This document shows, piece after piece, positions 1 to 9,538 of a stretch of 15,742 nucleotides of DNA (its first letter is position 1; every line of letters begins with the position of its first letter). The position numbers were made by a program, and so were the translations under genes. Origin of the DNA: a virus (taxonomy: Duplodnaviria; Heunggongvirae; Uroviricota; Caudoviricetes); the IMG/VR virus record IMGVR_UViG_2859783438_000001, one strand, 5' to 3'. The notes beneath the pieces are model-generated. The model did no database searches. It had not been told where the DNA came from and saw only the letters and a program-made list of their open reading frames with translations.

Positions 1-483
1 ATGACGAAGAAAAAAGCACATAAACCTGGTTCAGCGACCATCGCGCTTAACAAGCGCGCCCGTCACGAATACTTTATCGAAGAAGAGTTCGAAGCGGGAC
101 TTGCCCTGCAAGGCTGGGAAGTTAAATCCCTGCGCGCAGGAAAAGCCAATATCAGCGACAGCTACGTCCTTCTGCGTGACGGAGAGGCATTTCTGTTTGG
201 CGCTAACATCACGCCAATGGCCGTGGCCTCCACGCATGTGGTGTGCGATCCTACCCGTACCCGCAAGTTACTTCTCAACCAGCGCGAACTGGACTCATTG
301 TACGGTCGCGTCAATCGAGAAGGCTATACCGTAGTGGCGCTCTCCCTGTACTGGAAAAATGCCTGGTGCAAAGTGAAAATCGGCGTCGCCAAAGGTAAAA
401 AACAGCACGATAAACGTTCAGATATCAAAGAACGCGAATGGCAGGTGGATAAAGCACGTATCATGAAAAACGCCCACCGTTAA
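1..483 (+). CDS. smpB: SsrA-binding protein SmpB (trans-translation)
   Basis: 160-aa ORF with ATG at 1 and TAA at 481-483. The translation ([56 protein letters not shown]...) is recognised as enterobacterial SmpB, and it sits directly upstream of ssrA as in E. coli. Confidence 0.96.
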
Positions 484-653
484 ACCTGCACTCCAATTAT
501 TGACCAGTTCCTCACCGCGCCTCCCTCTCCGGCGGCGCGAATGAACATCTTATTGGCTATCACATCCGACACAAATGTTGCCATCCCATTGCTTAATCGA
601 ATAAAAATCAGGCTACATGGGTGCTAAATCTTTAACGATAACGCCATTGAGGC

Positions 654-683
654 TGGTCATGGCGCTCATAAATCTGGTATACT
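654..683 (+). promoter_or_regulatory. Candidate sigma70 promoter of ssrA (-10 TATACT at 678-683, weak -35 TGGTCA at 654-659)
   Basis: TATACT lies about 14 nt upstream of the mature tmRNA 5' end, which fits a short leader removed by RNase P. The -35 match is poor. Confidence 0.35.
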
Positions 684-697
684 TACCTTTACACATT

Positions 698-1060
698 GGG
701 GCTGATTCTGGATTCGACGGGATTTGCGAAACCCAAGGTGCATGCCGAGGGGCGGTTGGCCTCGTAAAAAGCCGCAAAAAATAGTCGCAAACGACGAAAA
801 CTACGCTTTAGCAGCTTAATAACCTGCTTAGAGCCCTCTCTCCCTAGCCTCCGCTCTTAGGACGGGGATCAAGAGAGGTCAAACCCAAAAGAGATCGCGT
901 GGAAGCCCTGCCTGGGGTTGAAGCGTTAAAACTTAATCAGGCTAGTTTGTTAGTGGCGTGTCCGTCCGCAGCTGGCAAGCGAATGTAAAGACTGACTAAG
1001 CATGTAGTACCGAGGATGTAGGAATTTCGGACGCGGGTTCAACTCCCGCCAGCTCCACCA
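698..1060 (+). ncRNA. ssrA: tmRNA (SsrA, 10Sa RNA), 363 nt
   Basis: Begins GGGGCTGATTCTGGATTCGACGGG and ends ...GGGTTCAACTCCCGCCAGCTCCACCA, a tRNA-Ala-like acceptor/T-arm with CCA. The internal tag reading frame GCA AAC GAC GAA AAC TAC GCT TTA GCA GCT TAA (787-819) encodes ANDENYALAA-stop. Length and sequence match E. coli ssrA. Confidence 0.96.
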
Positions 1061-1183
1061 CTTTTGACAGGACTGCAACCGGACAGAGACTATAAAAACA
1101 GTCACTTACGGACACTGACCAGACAGTAAGCGGACCAGAAAAAGACAAAAATATACACGCAAAATGCACGTGCATTTCAAAAA

Positions 1184-1209
1184 AGCCTCTGATTATGAAG
1201 TCAGAGGCT
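1184..1209. terminator. Bidirectional Rho-independent terminator between ssrA and the prophage end
   Basis: Perfect 9-bp inverted repeat AGCCTCTGA (1184-1192) / TCAGAGGCT (1201-1209) with an 8-nt loop, flanked by A6 upstream and a T-rich tract downstream. It can terminate transcripts arriving from either strand. Confidence 0.55.
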
Positions 1210-1258
1210 TTTCTAGTTGTAAATAAGGGTAACAATTTAACACGATGCAGCTTACCAA

Positions 1259-1636
1259 TTACGTAACATCAAACGCTCTAATTGTTCCCAAATCCTCCAG
1301 ACCACTCAGCTCCTCTTTCATTTCACGCTGACGGCGATAAATCTCATCGTTGCGATCGACCTGCGCCTGCACCATTGCTGCCGCCAGTTCTTCCAGTTCC
1401 GGCATCGACAGTTTCACCTGCTGATTATCGGCATCGCTCCACGCCATATGTGTTTGTGCTGTGACAGATTTTGCCAGCATGACTACCGGGGACAGGCGGC
1501 CCAGTGAGTTGGGGCCAGCATTCCAGATACGACCGTTCCATTCAAACGTGAACGGCTTCGCCTCCTGTTCTGTGCGCCATGCTTCAATTTCCTGACGTCT
1601 GGCCTCTCTGGCCGCTTCCAGCATTTCTGGTGTCAC
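1259..1636 (-). CDS. Tail fiber assembly/chaperone-like protein, C-terminal-domain type; start codon unclear
   Basis: 125-codon ORF in the track, but its first codon is GTG with no Shine-Dalgarno, and the same frame stays open a further 33 codons upstream to a TGA at 1733-1735. Sits 3' of a fiber gene fragment. Product assignment is by position and size only. Confidence 0.45.
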   Translation of the reverse strand: MTPEMLEAAREARRQEIEAWRTEQEAKPFTFEWNGRIWNAGPNSLGRLSPVVMLAKSVTAQTHMAWSDADNQQVKLSMPELEELAAAMVQAQVDRNDEIYRRQREMKEELSGLEDLGTIRAFDVT

Positions 1637-1647
1637 AGTGAATGGGG

Positions 1648-2412
1648 CTATCTCACCCCATTTGCCACTTTGCAGTTCCTGCCAGATTCGCTGACCCGTC
1701 GGTGCGACATCATCAGCACCCAGGCCAGGAAATCACTCTTAGTGTCAAAACGGATAACATCTTCAGGCAGAAAAGCACACCCAAAGCCGAATGCGCCGGG
1801 TATCGCCAGACGGCCTTTTGTCCGGTCGTAAATGTCGCTCTGTGCTTCCATCGTGGCCGCACTTTTCAGCCCCAGATTATCCCGGGACTTCTGTTGTGCC
1901 TTTTCGCCTGCTGCTGCGATTTCAGACAGATGGTTAGCCGTTTTCAGAGTGCCGGTCAGCGCAGCATCAATGTCATTTTTGGCCTGCTCTGCTGCGCGGG
2001 CATAACCTGCGGCTGCCGCCACATCCTGCGCCGTCTGCTGTGCGTTTCCGGCTGCGGCCCCGGCGCTCTGCTGCGCCTGCGCCACCATTTCCTCAAAGCG
2101 TTTGACGACATCCGGTTTCAGGTCGCCCTCATCAGGAGCAATCAGAAAGTCATTCAGCGTGCCGGGCTTTGAGTCGTCGTATACAGCAATGTCGCCAACA
2201 CAGTACTCGTCGCGCCAGTCCCGTTTCAGATACACGCAATATTTTCCGACCTGTGCCTCAAACGAATATTCACCGTTATTTCCGGTCACTACATCAGCCC
2301 TGGTACGCATCACCACTTCTGAGGTGTTTACACGGGATTTCAGAATAATCTGGCATCCGGACATGGGGATGCCTGCGCCATCAGTCAGCGCACCTGATAT
2401 CACTACAGACAT
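1648..2412 (-). pseudogene. Truncated side tail fiber gene with lambdoid Stf-type N-terminal domain (remnant second fiber cassette)
   Basis: N-terminus MSVVISGALTDGAGIP...YDDSKPGTLNDFL follows the pattern of the lambda/Rac Stf N-terminal virion-attachment domain, followed by an Ala/Gln-rich segment. The ORF stops after only 254 aa, far short of normal side tail fibers, and its last ~30 codons overlap the open frame of the next gene in another frame. Confidence 0.55.
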
Positions 2413-2435
2413 AGTTTTTCTCGCGATAAATTAAA

Positions 2436-2981
2436 TCAGGAAGAACCTTCCGGAGAGACGGACCATTCAATGGCGTTATATGAGGATTTATCAGTGATGG
2501 TGCTGAAATCCATCGCCTGCAGCGATTTCGCGTAAATACGGTACGCTTTCAGTTTTTCCCGGTCTTCGTCGCTGATTAGCCCCAGCAGCAGGTCTTCTTC
2601 CCATTCCCCTGTCCGGGCACTGACCTGAGCCAGAAGGGCATCACGCTCATCTTCCGCTTTGAGTCTGTAGTCAAAGACAAATTCATCATTGCGGTAAAAC
2701 CAGTAACCCGGCGCGGTAATGCGGCGGTTGGCGGTAATATCAGGAACTTCAATAACACTGGCGTTACGGGGTTCAATGCCTGTCACATCCTTACCGACCC
2801 ACACCACGCGCCCGTCTCCGGTGTAAACCATTTTTATGGTGTCACTGGCAAAGTTCTTCTGTTCTTCATACCAGTTTTTGCCGTCTTCCGAAAAAAGCCA
2901 GGTGACATCATACTGTTTTGTCAGCTGATATTATTCCGCGGTTTTCGGATTACCTGCCGTAATATTTTTTAAATGCAACAT
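2436..2981 (-). pseudogene. Tail fiber assembly protein (Mu U / Tfa-like) with in-frame premature stop at codon 17
   Basis: ATG at 2981-2979 lies 2 nt after the fiber gene stop. The frame reads MLHLKNITAGNPKTAE, then TAA (2931-2933), then stays open in the same frame (YQLTKQYDVTWLFSEDGKNWYEEQKNF...MVYTGDGRVVWVGKDVTG...) to the stop at 2436. The track's 131-aa ORF is only the portion after an internal Met. Confidence 0.7.
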
Positions 2982-2983
2982 TG

Positions 2984-4024
2984 TTAAATACTCGCTACGT
3001 TATACCAGGTGCCATTAATCAGTTTTTGCAGCGGTCGGTAATACACGCCGTTGACGTTATCCGCTGAGTTACGGCCGGTATCCGATATCGATATCCCTGA
3101 CAGCCCGTGTCCCGAAGGTGAGCGAAATGTCCACGAAACGGTGTTACTGCCGGGGGTGTAATACATTTCATAACCATACCGCACATCCTGCACGCCACCA
3201 TTTCGCTGCTGGTAACGGGCATCAAAGTTTCCGTAGTCTGACGGTGTTACCCGTCCTGTAACGTTTACAGCTTTATTACTCTGGATACTGCCACTCTGAA
3301 AACGCAACACATGCACGCTATTGGCATAAACATCCAGCAGGCCATCACCATTCTGTTTGAATCCGGTGTCATTATCACCAAGAACAATTGAATTCCCCCC
3401 CAGGGCGTTCTGAACGCCGATACCCAGCGCACCATTGACCTGCGAACCACCGCCAACAGACACTTTATGCGACATGGATATTTCACCCGTCCGCAGATTA
3501 ATGGTGAACGGGCGCAGGGGACCAATATCGCCATTTTCCCCCTGACCTTCACTGGTGGGAATAAGGTGCAGGCACTCTTCCGAACGACGAAAAATCAGGC
3601 CAAAAGCTTCGTTGAAAATCCTCAGCGCATTAACACCACGGATTTTCAGCTCTCCGGTCATGGTGTCGCCATCACGCTGAACGGCATTTTTTGCCTTATC
3701 CACCGTGGGTTTTAATCCGAGGTTTTCAACAGCCTCATCCCTGTCTTCCACATCCGAAAGGTTATTTTTTATCAGCAATGCCTCTTCGTTAATTGCACCG
3801 CCCACCAGCAATAATATAGCCTTATATAGCTGGTCGTGTTCTTCTTTATTCAGTTCTATCCCGGCCTTCTCAATGACACCACAGATTTCCTCCTGAATGG
3901 CATTCCACATGGCACTGTTCAGCCAGGTAGCAAGACGTCCTGTGCGAAGATTTCCGTCAGTAAATCCGTTCTTACCCGGACCAAACTTATCTTTTACCGC
4001 AGTCAGCGTATCAATCCTGTGCAT
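2984..4024 (-). CDS. Phage tail fiber protein (C-terminal region resembles P2 gpH / Mu S-type fibers)
   Basis: Contains NALGGNSIVLGDNDTGFKQNGDGLLDVYANS and a C-terminal ...YRPLQKLINGTWYNVASI, both recalled as conserved in P2 H-type fiber C-termini. Three in-frame ATGs at 4036, 4030 and 4024; the one at 4024 follows an AGGA at suitable spacing. Overlaps the 3' end of the upstream gene. Confidence 0.8.
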   Translation of the reverse strand: MHRIDTLTAVKDKFGPGKNGFTDGNLRTGRLATWLNSAMWNAIQEEICGVIEKAGIELNKEEHDQLYKAILLLVGGAINEEALLIKNNLSDVEDRDEAVENLGLKPTVDKAKNAVQRDGDTMTGELKIRGVNALRIFNEAFGLIFRRSEECLHLIPTSEGQGENGDIGPLRPFTINLRTGEISMSHKVSVGGGSQVNGALGIGVQNALGGNSIVLGDNDTGFKQNGDGLLDVYANSVHVLRFQSGSIQSNKAVNVTGRVTPSDYGNFDARYQQRNGGVQDVRYGYEMYYTPGSNTVSWTFRSPSGHGLSGISISDTGRNSADNVNGVYYRPLQKLINGTWYNVASI

Positions 4025-4601
4025 CTTCATCCTCATCTGGATAGGAAAATAAAACGACGGTGTGTGACGGACATAATTTATTAATCACGCACTCCGCAAC
4101 CGTATCCCCCCACGTCCGGATCGGTGTGTTGCAGGCGTCCGTGCATGTCTGCCACTGAGCACCGGCATCCATCGGCAACGTCACACGCCAGAAATAACGC
4201 CAGCGATCTCCCCATTCCGGATCGGGGCTTGCATCCAAGTGCTGGAACTGTTCGATCGTTACGCCGGTATATCCCAGCGCCTCAAGCTGATCCAGGAAGA
4301 ACTGCTCATTTATGCCACCAGCCACATTGGCTTTTGCTTCAAGACGTTGCTGACGCTGGCGTAATGTCTGGGTTCCGACAGGGGAACAGGAATCAGGTAA
4401 ACCATACAATTCTTCATAACGTTCAATCAGCTCTGTGGACTGACCGGGATCGATTTCAATCACCAGTTCATCAGCCCGCTGGTGAACACGCACAAGCGAT
4501 GGTGCCAGACCGTCAAGTACACCGTCGGTATCTGACCATGCAGGCCCCGGCGGCATCAGTCCGTACAGCAGCTTTGTATAATCATCCTGTAACGAATCCA
4601 T
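4011..4601 (-). CDS. Phage tail protein, Mu gp48 / YmfQ-like
   Basis: 196-aa ORF; the ATG overlaps the stop of the baseplate J-like gene (TAATG at 4603-4599). Size and position between the J-like gene and the tail fiber match the Mu/e14 arrangement. Confidence 0.75.
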   Translation of the reverse strand: MDSLQDDYTKLLYGLMPPGPAWSDTDGVLDGLAPSLVRVHQRADELVIEIDPGQSTELIERYEELYGLPDSCSPVGTQTLRQRQQRLEAKANVAGGINEQFFLDQLEALGYTGVTIEQFQHLDASPDPEWGDRWRYFWRVTLPMDAGAQWQTCTDACNTPIRTWGDTVAECVINKLCPSHTVVLFSYPDEDEDAQD

Positions 4602-5089
4602 TATTTACTCCTTGCCGGGTCATAAGCCTGCCAGGTGATCTCGCCGAGCACCGGAAGCTCGGTCTCCCCCAGGTCAATATCCGATGAAGGGACGATTAAC
4701 CGGTGGGCCACTTCACCAGCAGACAAACTGATGGCCTCACTGATTCTGGACAGATACATACGCCCCTCTGGCACACCATCCCGTAACATCAGTGCATTCA
4801 GCTCTGCTTTTATTGCAGTCCTGATCTGCGGTGTGTCTTTCGATAATGCAATCGTCATCGGGATGACTTTTTCTGTGGCACCGAATACATACAATCCGCT
4901 TCCGGCAACAGGTGCCAGAGGAAGGATGTGGTCCCTGACTGCGTTAATCACGCTTTCATCCGGGGCCGGGCGTTCCGGATCGTTTGTCGCCACCATCACG
5001 CCAACCGTTCCAGTGCCTTTCCAGTGTCTGAAAGTCCATGCACGGTTAATACCCTGAACTTCTTTCGCCCAGATAACATAATCAGGGTC

Positions 5090-5098
5090 TGCGCCCCC
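5090..5098. repeat. Target-site duplication, left copy (TGCGCCCCC) of IS1 copy 1
   Basis: Identical 9-mer directly abuts both ends of the element (5090-5098 and 5548-5556). Confidence 0.9.
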
Positions 5099-5547
5099 GG
5101 TGATGCTGCCAACTTACTGATTTAGTGTATGATGGTGTTTTTGAGGTGCTCCAGTGGCTTCTGTTTCTATCAGCTGTCCCTCCTGTTCAGCTACTGACGG
5201 GGTGGTGCGTAACGGCAAAAGCACTGCCGGACATCAGCGCTATCTCTGCTCTCACTGCCGTAAAACATGGCAACTGCAGTTCACTTACACCGCTTCTCAA
5301 CCCGGTACGCGTGGTGATATGGATGACGGATGGCTGGCCGCTGTATGAATCCCGCCTGAAGGGAAAGCTGCACGTAATCAGCAAGCGATATACGCAGCGA
5401 ATTGAGCGGCATAACCTGAATCTGAGGCAGCACCTGGCACGGCTGGGACGGAAGTCGCTGTCGTTCTCAAAATCGGTGGAGCTGCATGACAAAGTCATCG
5501 GGCATTATCTGAACATAAAACACTATCAATAAGTTGGAGTCATTACC
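5099..5547 (+). mobile_element. IS1 derivative with internal deletion (449 bp versus 768 bp for intact IS1)
   Basis: Starts GGTGATGCTGCCAACTTACTGAT (IRL) and ends ...AAGTTGGAGTCATTACC (IRR). The insA 5' region is joined directly to the 3' part of insB at ...CCGGTACGC/GTGGTGATATGG. Confidence 0.9.
5154..5348 (+). CDS. insA: Truncated InsA (N-terminal zinc-finger region, HTH region deleted) fused to 12 out-of-frame codons
   Basis: [52 protein letters not shown] matches the start of IS1 InsA and then diverges at the deletion junction. Confidence 0.6.
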   Translation: MASVSISCPSCSATDGVVRNGKSTAGHQRYLCSHCRKTWQLQFTYTASQPGTRGDMDDGWLAAV

Positions 5548-5556
5548 TGCGCCCCC
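5548..5556. repeat. Target-site duplication, right copy (TGCGCCCCC) of IS1 copy 1
   Basis: Identical to 5090-5098. Confidence 0.9.
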
Positions 5557-6133
5557 CTGTGGAATGTAGTAATAACGTTCCATAACGCGGGCACGCCATA
5601 TTTCCAGATTTTCAATATCTTCACCGTCTGTAATGGTGTCAGCGTACCCTGTGGACGGCAGACCACTGACGGGTGTTCCCAGTTGCATGGCAATACCATC
5701 ATCCGTATTCCCCGCCGATCCCGGTTCGTCTGCCACAACAGGCACCCGGAGAAGACCATCGGCTGCGGTCACCGTCGCCGTCGTGGTAAAGGTCACCTGA
5801 TTATCACGCTGGATCTGCGTTCCCGCTGGCAATACCGGCGTCCCCTCTACGCCATCCCAGCGCACAAATCCCCGGGCTGCCACCGCTTCTTTTCGCGGGC
5901 AGCGTTTGATTCTGGCGTGCCGGTACAGCCAGTCTTCATCACACACGTCCGGTAACAGATTTCTGGCAAGATAATCGATATACCCGTACAACGTGTGTAC
6001 GGCTGCAGCCTGTACACGGGCATACACTTCCGCATCCATACGACGAAGCAGCGTATCCTGCTCAAAGCGGGTTAATAAATCGCTCCGGATCATAGAAATA
6101 AGTTGCGGGAGGCCGGGGCGATAAAACTGACTG

Positions 6134-6544
6134 TCAGCCATTCAGTTCACTCCAGATATCATCAAAAATAATGTTGTGAATATTGCCGTCACGCTGGTAA
6201 ATGGTAATGGCAAGTGCCAGCGAGTCTGTCCCGGTCCGGACAGCGTTAATATCAAGACGGGAAGCAACACCATCCTCCACCATCCACGCCAGCGCCTCAC
6301 GGACATAATCTCTGGCAAGCTGCGGGGTTTTATTTGTCAGCTTGCTGCGTCGCAACAGATACAAACGCGACCCCGTGCGATCATTCTGAACCGCAGGCCA
6401 GGTATCCCCCCACCATCCAAATATCCGTGGTGCATCATCACGCCCGGCACGCCGCCATGTAAAAAGCGAAATAATCACAGCACGCGTCAGAAGGTCGATC
6501 GAAGCCCCGGTCGACACGGGTCGCCCGTTAACATTAATCATCAT
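6134..6544 (-). CDS. Phage baseplate protein, Mu gp46-like
   Basis: 136-aa ORF with ATG at 6544 and overlapping stop/start with the downstream J-like gene. Position and size fit Mu gp46. Confidence 0.75.
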   Translation of the reverse strand: MMINVNGRPVSTGASIDLLTRAVIISLFTWRRAGRDDAPRIFGWWGDTWPAVQNDRTGSRLYLLRRSKLTNKTPQLARDYVREALAWMVEDGVASRLDINAVRTGTDSLALAITIYQRDGNIHNIIFDDIWSELNG

Positions 6545-6549
6545 GATTT

Positions 6550-7032
6550 TCAGCCCATCGGTTGATCCGGCGTGTCAGTGATCCCGCCACCATCACCATT
6601 TTCGGTATGTTTGTGGGCATTGTAGGCCTGCCGCATTTGCTGCATGCTGAGTCCGCCACTGTCGCAATTGTCAGTAATATCGGCGGTGGATTCGACTGGC
6701 ATTTCAAAGCGCGCTTTAGGCGCGTTTTTAAAAATTATGGCCTTCCCGGCCCCGTCCACCACAATACCGGAACGGGTCAGGACAACGGACTGTCCCAGAT
6801 CGTCATAAAGCGCCACTTCCCCACGTTTCAGTCCTTTCAGCCGGTAACGTCTGTCAGCCACGACCACAACCACACCATGAGAACGATCGCCCGCCGGAAA
6901 TAAAGCAACGCCCTCAGCACCGTTCTGTGCGGCAGATGTAAAACCATAAGGTTCAAGGTGCTCAACGTGTTGTTTCTGATCTCCGGCTATCATTTTCAAC
7001 CCTACAGACTGACACTTTCTGGCGGAATCCAC
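6550..7032 (-). CDS. Baseplate spike/hub protein (gpV / Mu gp45-like)
   Basis: C-terminal ...AHKHTENGDGGGITDTPDQP resembles gpV-type spike termini. The start is ambiguous: GTG at 7032 or ATG at 6993, neither with a strong SD. Confidence 0.75.
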   Translation of the reverse strand: MDSARKCQSVGLKMIAGDQKQHVEHLEPYGFTSAAQNGAEGVALFPAGDRSHGVVVVVADRRYRLKGLKRGEVALYDDLGQSVVLTRSGIVVDGAGKAIIFKNAPKARFEMPVESTADITDNCDSGGLSMQQMRQAYNAHKHTENGDGGGITDTPDQPMG

Positions 7033-7059
7033 CGCGTGATGACAGCCCGGGAAATCAGA

Positions 7060-8136
7060 TTACGAAGAGAAAACCCGTTCATCAGAAATCCTCCTCAACA
7101 TTTTTTTCTTCCTGGCGGTAACAGGCTCGGGGAGATAAGCATCTGCCGGGCCAACCCGTAATTCAGTCGTCGTGCCCCGGTCGTCCTGGTTATAGGTAAC
7201 TTCTGCGATCACCAGTTCATCATTATCAAAATTATTCAGCGGGTCGAAAACGATGACAGATAACCCCGGACGCCATAACGCGCCACTGCCCTGCCGCCAG
7301 CCCTGAACCGTATATGTTGTCTCACGGGTAAGCGCAGCCCGTTGGCGCGCTTCAAATTCACAACGGGCCTTACAGGTTGCTGTCGTTGCTGTGCCTGACT
7401 GCTGAATCAACAAAGGGCGATAACGGGTCACGCCACTGTCCTGAATGGTCTGACGTATTGCGGCAATGGTGGCCTCACCAAAATCATCGTCGTTGCCCGG
7501 GCGCTGCCCACTGACCTGATATTCAGAAAACCGCTCTCTGATGCTTCTTTCCGTGTCACAGGAAAGAATATTCTCTCCCAGCACCAGCGCCGTCGCCGCT
7601 TTACCTGTTCCGGGTTTTCCCAGAACCAGTCGCCCGCATTCATCGTCATAAGCCAGCGTCTGAACCTGCCCCAGTAACCGGTTAAGACAATCGGCAACGG
7701 TTTCGCCGTGTTCCGGCTGGGCATCAATCACCGCTGTCTGCGGCACGCCAGCATCAACAACGGTGATGCCAAATGGCGCAGCCAGTTCACTGACTATTCT
7801 GAGCAGGTTTTTTCCGCTCTGCTGGAGTGGCAAAGCAGAGCAGTCAACCAGATCGGCTGTTTTGCTTCGCCCGACAATTCCCATGCTGACGCTGCTGGCG
7901 TCATAACGAAGCGGTAGTGCCTCCACATATCCGGTGAGCACAGGCTCATCCCCGATAAGCACTTCAACCAGCTCACCATTTTTTATCCGGGGTTGATAAT
8001 CCCGGCTTCCGGGCCAGCGGGTGGTAATGGCAACATTAAAATCCCGGGCAATACGGTTAATGCCCGCACTGATACGGACGGATGTCCAGCCGCCCCATTC
8101 GCGACCGGAAACCCGAAGTAAAACGGTATCATTCAT
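7060..8136 (-). CDS. Phage tail/baseplate protein (Mu gp44 P-like, P2 gpD-like)
   Basis: 358-aa ORF whose ATG overlaps the stop of the upstream gene by 4 nt. Order and size are conserved with Mu. Confidence 0.8.
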   Translation of the reverse strand: MNDTVLLRVSGREWGGWTSVRISAGINRIARDFNVAITTRWPGSRDYQPRIKNGELVEVLIGDEPVLTGYVEALPLRYDASSVSMGIVGRSKTADLVDCSALPLQQSGKNLLRIVSELAAPFGITVVDAGVPQTAVIDAQPEHGETVADCLNRLLGQVQTLAYDDECGRLVLGKPGTGKAATALVLGENILSCDTERSIRERFSEYQVSGQRPGNDDDFGEATIAAIRQTIQDSGVTRYRPLLIQQSGTATTATCKARCEFEARQRAALTRETTYTVQGWRQGSGALWRPGLSVIVFDPLNNFDNDELVIAEVTYNQDDRGTTTELRVGPADAYLPEPVTARKKKMLRRISDERVFSS

Positions 8137-9524
8137 CTGACGGGTACCCTTAATGCCCTGACCGGAACAAAGCCCGGATGAGAGATGGCATTTCGATCCA
8201 GGATATCAGTTTCACGGGACGCATCGTCGTACCATGACGCAGCCAGAACAAGCGCAGGCAGAACTTCCGCTGGCGTTCGCTCTGCGGTTTCCTCCGTCTG
8301 AACCAGACGCGCCTGAATATCCCGGTTCAGTTCTGTACGTAATGACGTCAGCTGAAAAAACAGCCTGTCATCCGCCGTACGCCTGAGCTCCTGTTCAATC
8401 GCCGCGTTCAGCGATTCGCGTATGATGGTGAGATTTTCCCGCGTGGGTGGTTGCGCTCTCTCATCCTGTCCTGTGCTGGCTGCCACGCTGTCAAGTGCCG
8501 GATGAGAAACGTGAATAATATCGGACTGACGTTCAGTGGAACCACCAACAGCCACAACCGCCTGCTGATTTTTCACCAGGCTTCCGGGTTGTGGCAGTGA
8601 AGTGACCGCCCTTGTGGCTTCGCTGATTGCCGTCGTCCGGATGACAGCAGCCACAAGGTTTGTCTGCTGTTTTTGCCTGATAACCGATGCGGAATCTGTG
8701 GGCCACACCGCACGCGGTGCCAGTCCTGGGTCCAGCGTAATGCCGGACATTGTCGTTATGGACTGCACCAGATCCTGTGTGTTATCCACCAGCCGGGTTC
8801 CGGCCCGCCAGGTATCCTGCAACGTATGCACAAAATCACTGGCAACCGACGGCGGCATCAGAATGACGGATAAATCGCCCTGCAGTAGTCTCGCTCCGGC
8901 AGAAACAGCCGAATTAACCATTTTGAAAGCTGTCTGAACGGTTCCCAGCATATCGGTCGTCCGGGCAATAACATCGTTCTGAATAAAGTCCGGTATTCCC
9001 GCGAGATCAAAATCGCCGAACATGTCTTCAATCAACTCATCCAGGAATACGGACGACTCCTCCAGTTTTCTGGCGGTTGCAGCTCCGGCGACCGGAAATG
9101 ACAGTTCCCCGCTCTCAACAAACTGAAATGAAACCCGGCACATACGGCCTTCAGTGCCGGAGTGAGAAACGGTCACCTGCCCGTCAATACAGCCCTGCAT
9201 TTCACCGAACTGCGGATGGATCAGCGTCCCCGGCCCGGCGGTTTCAATCGCTGTAATCAGCCTGTCGCGCTGCTCTGCGTAATCATCACCAACGAGATAC
9301 GCATTAATCGTCAGCCGTCGCGTGGCACGCCCGAGATCTTCCGTGTACGGTTTGTCACGGTTTGGGTATTCATGGACCTGAACGCGGCGTCCGAACGAAC
9401 CCTCGTCGCTCTCCACCGAAAACGGAACGCCACGAAATGAAGCGTCGTAAAGATTATCGCGCCAATTGATACCTGAAGATGCAGAAAAGAGTGAAGAAAG
9501 AGAAGGTAAAGAAGGTAAGTCCAT
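8133..9524 (-). CDS. Phage DNA circulation protein (Mu gp43 N-like)
   Basis: 463-aa ORF with ATG at 9524 preceded by GGAGA at 5-nt spacing. Lies between the tape measure and the baseplate genes as in Mu. Confidence 0.8.
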   Translation of the reverse strand: MDLPSLPSLSSLFSASSGINWRDNLYDASFRGVPFSVESDEGSFGRRVQVHEYPNRDKPYTEDLGRATRRLTINAYLVGDDYAEQRDRLITAIETAGPGTLIHPQFGEMQGCIDGQVTVSHSGTEGRMCRVSFQFVESGELSFPVAGAATARKLEESSVFLDELIEDMFGDFDLAGIPDFIQNDVIARTTDMLGTVQTAFKMVNSAVSAGARLLQGDLSVILMPPSVASDFVHTLQDTWRAGTRLVDNTQDLVQSITTMSGITLDPGLAPRAVWPTDSASVIRQKQQTNLVAAVIRTTAISEATRAVTSLPQPGSLVKNQQAVVAVGGSTERQSDIIHVSHPALDSVAASTGQDERAQPPTRENLTIIRESLNAAIEQELRRTADDRLFFQLTSLRTELNRDIQARLVQTEETAERTPAEVLPALVLAASWYDDASRETDILDRNAISHPGFVPVRALRVPVR

Positions 9525-9538
9525 ACTGTCTCCACTAT

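Larger units (their letters stand above)
4601..6141 (-). pseudogene. Baseplate J-like protein (Mu gp47-like) interrupted by IS1 insertion
   Basis: The N-terminal part (6141 to 5548, ending ...YYIPQGGA) and the C-terminal part (5098 to 4601, ...GVMVATNDPERP...) are in one continuous frame once the IS1 element plus one copy of the 9-bp duplication is removed. The reconstructed gene is about 360 codons. Confidence 0.85.

Noticed and set aside
31-334. Alternative ORFs overlapping smpB (31-237 minus, 101-334 plus)
   Set aside because: Entirely contained within the smpB coding sequence in other frames; chance ORFs.
516-539. smpB terminator hairpin (CGCGCC ... GGCGCG)
   Set aside because: A 6-bp GC stem with a 12-nt loop and no following T-tract is too weak to call an intrinsic terminator from sequence alone.
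1061-1258. Integrase gene or clear att repeat next to ssrA
   Set aside because: Only about 200 bp separate ssrA from the first phage gene, with no ORF of integrase size. No duplicate of the ssrA 3' end is visible within the window, and the other junction lies outside it.
1259-4036. Mu G-segment-like invertible tail-fiber switch (fiber, assembly, assembly', fiber' with an invertase)
   Set aside because: Both fiber/assembly cassettes are on the same strand, and no invertase gene or flanking inverted repeats are present. Tandem cassettes or a mosaic junction fit better.
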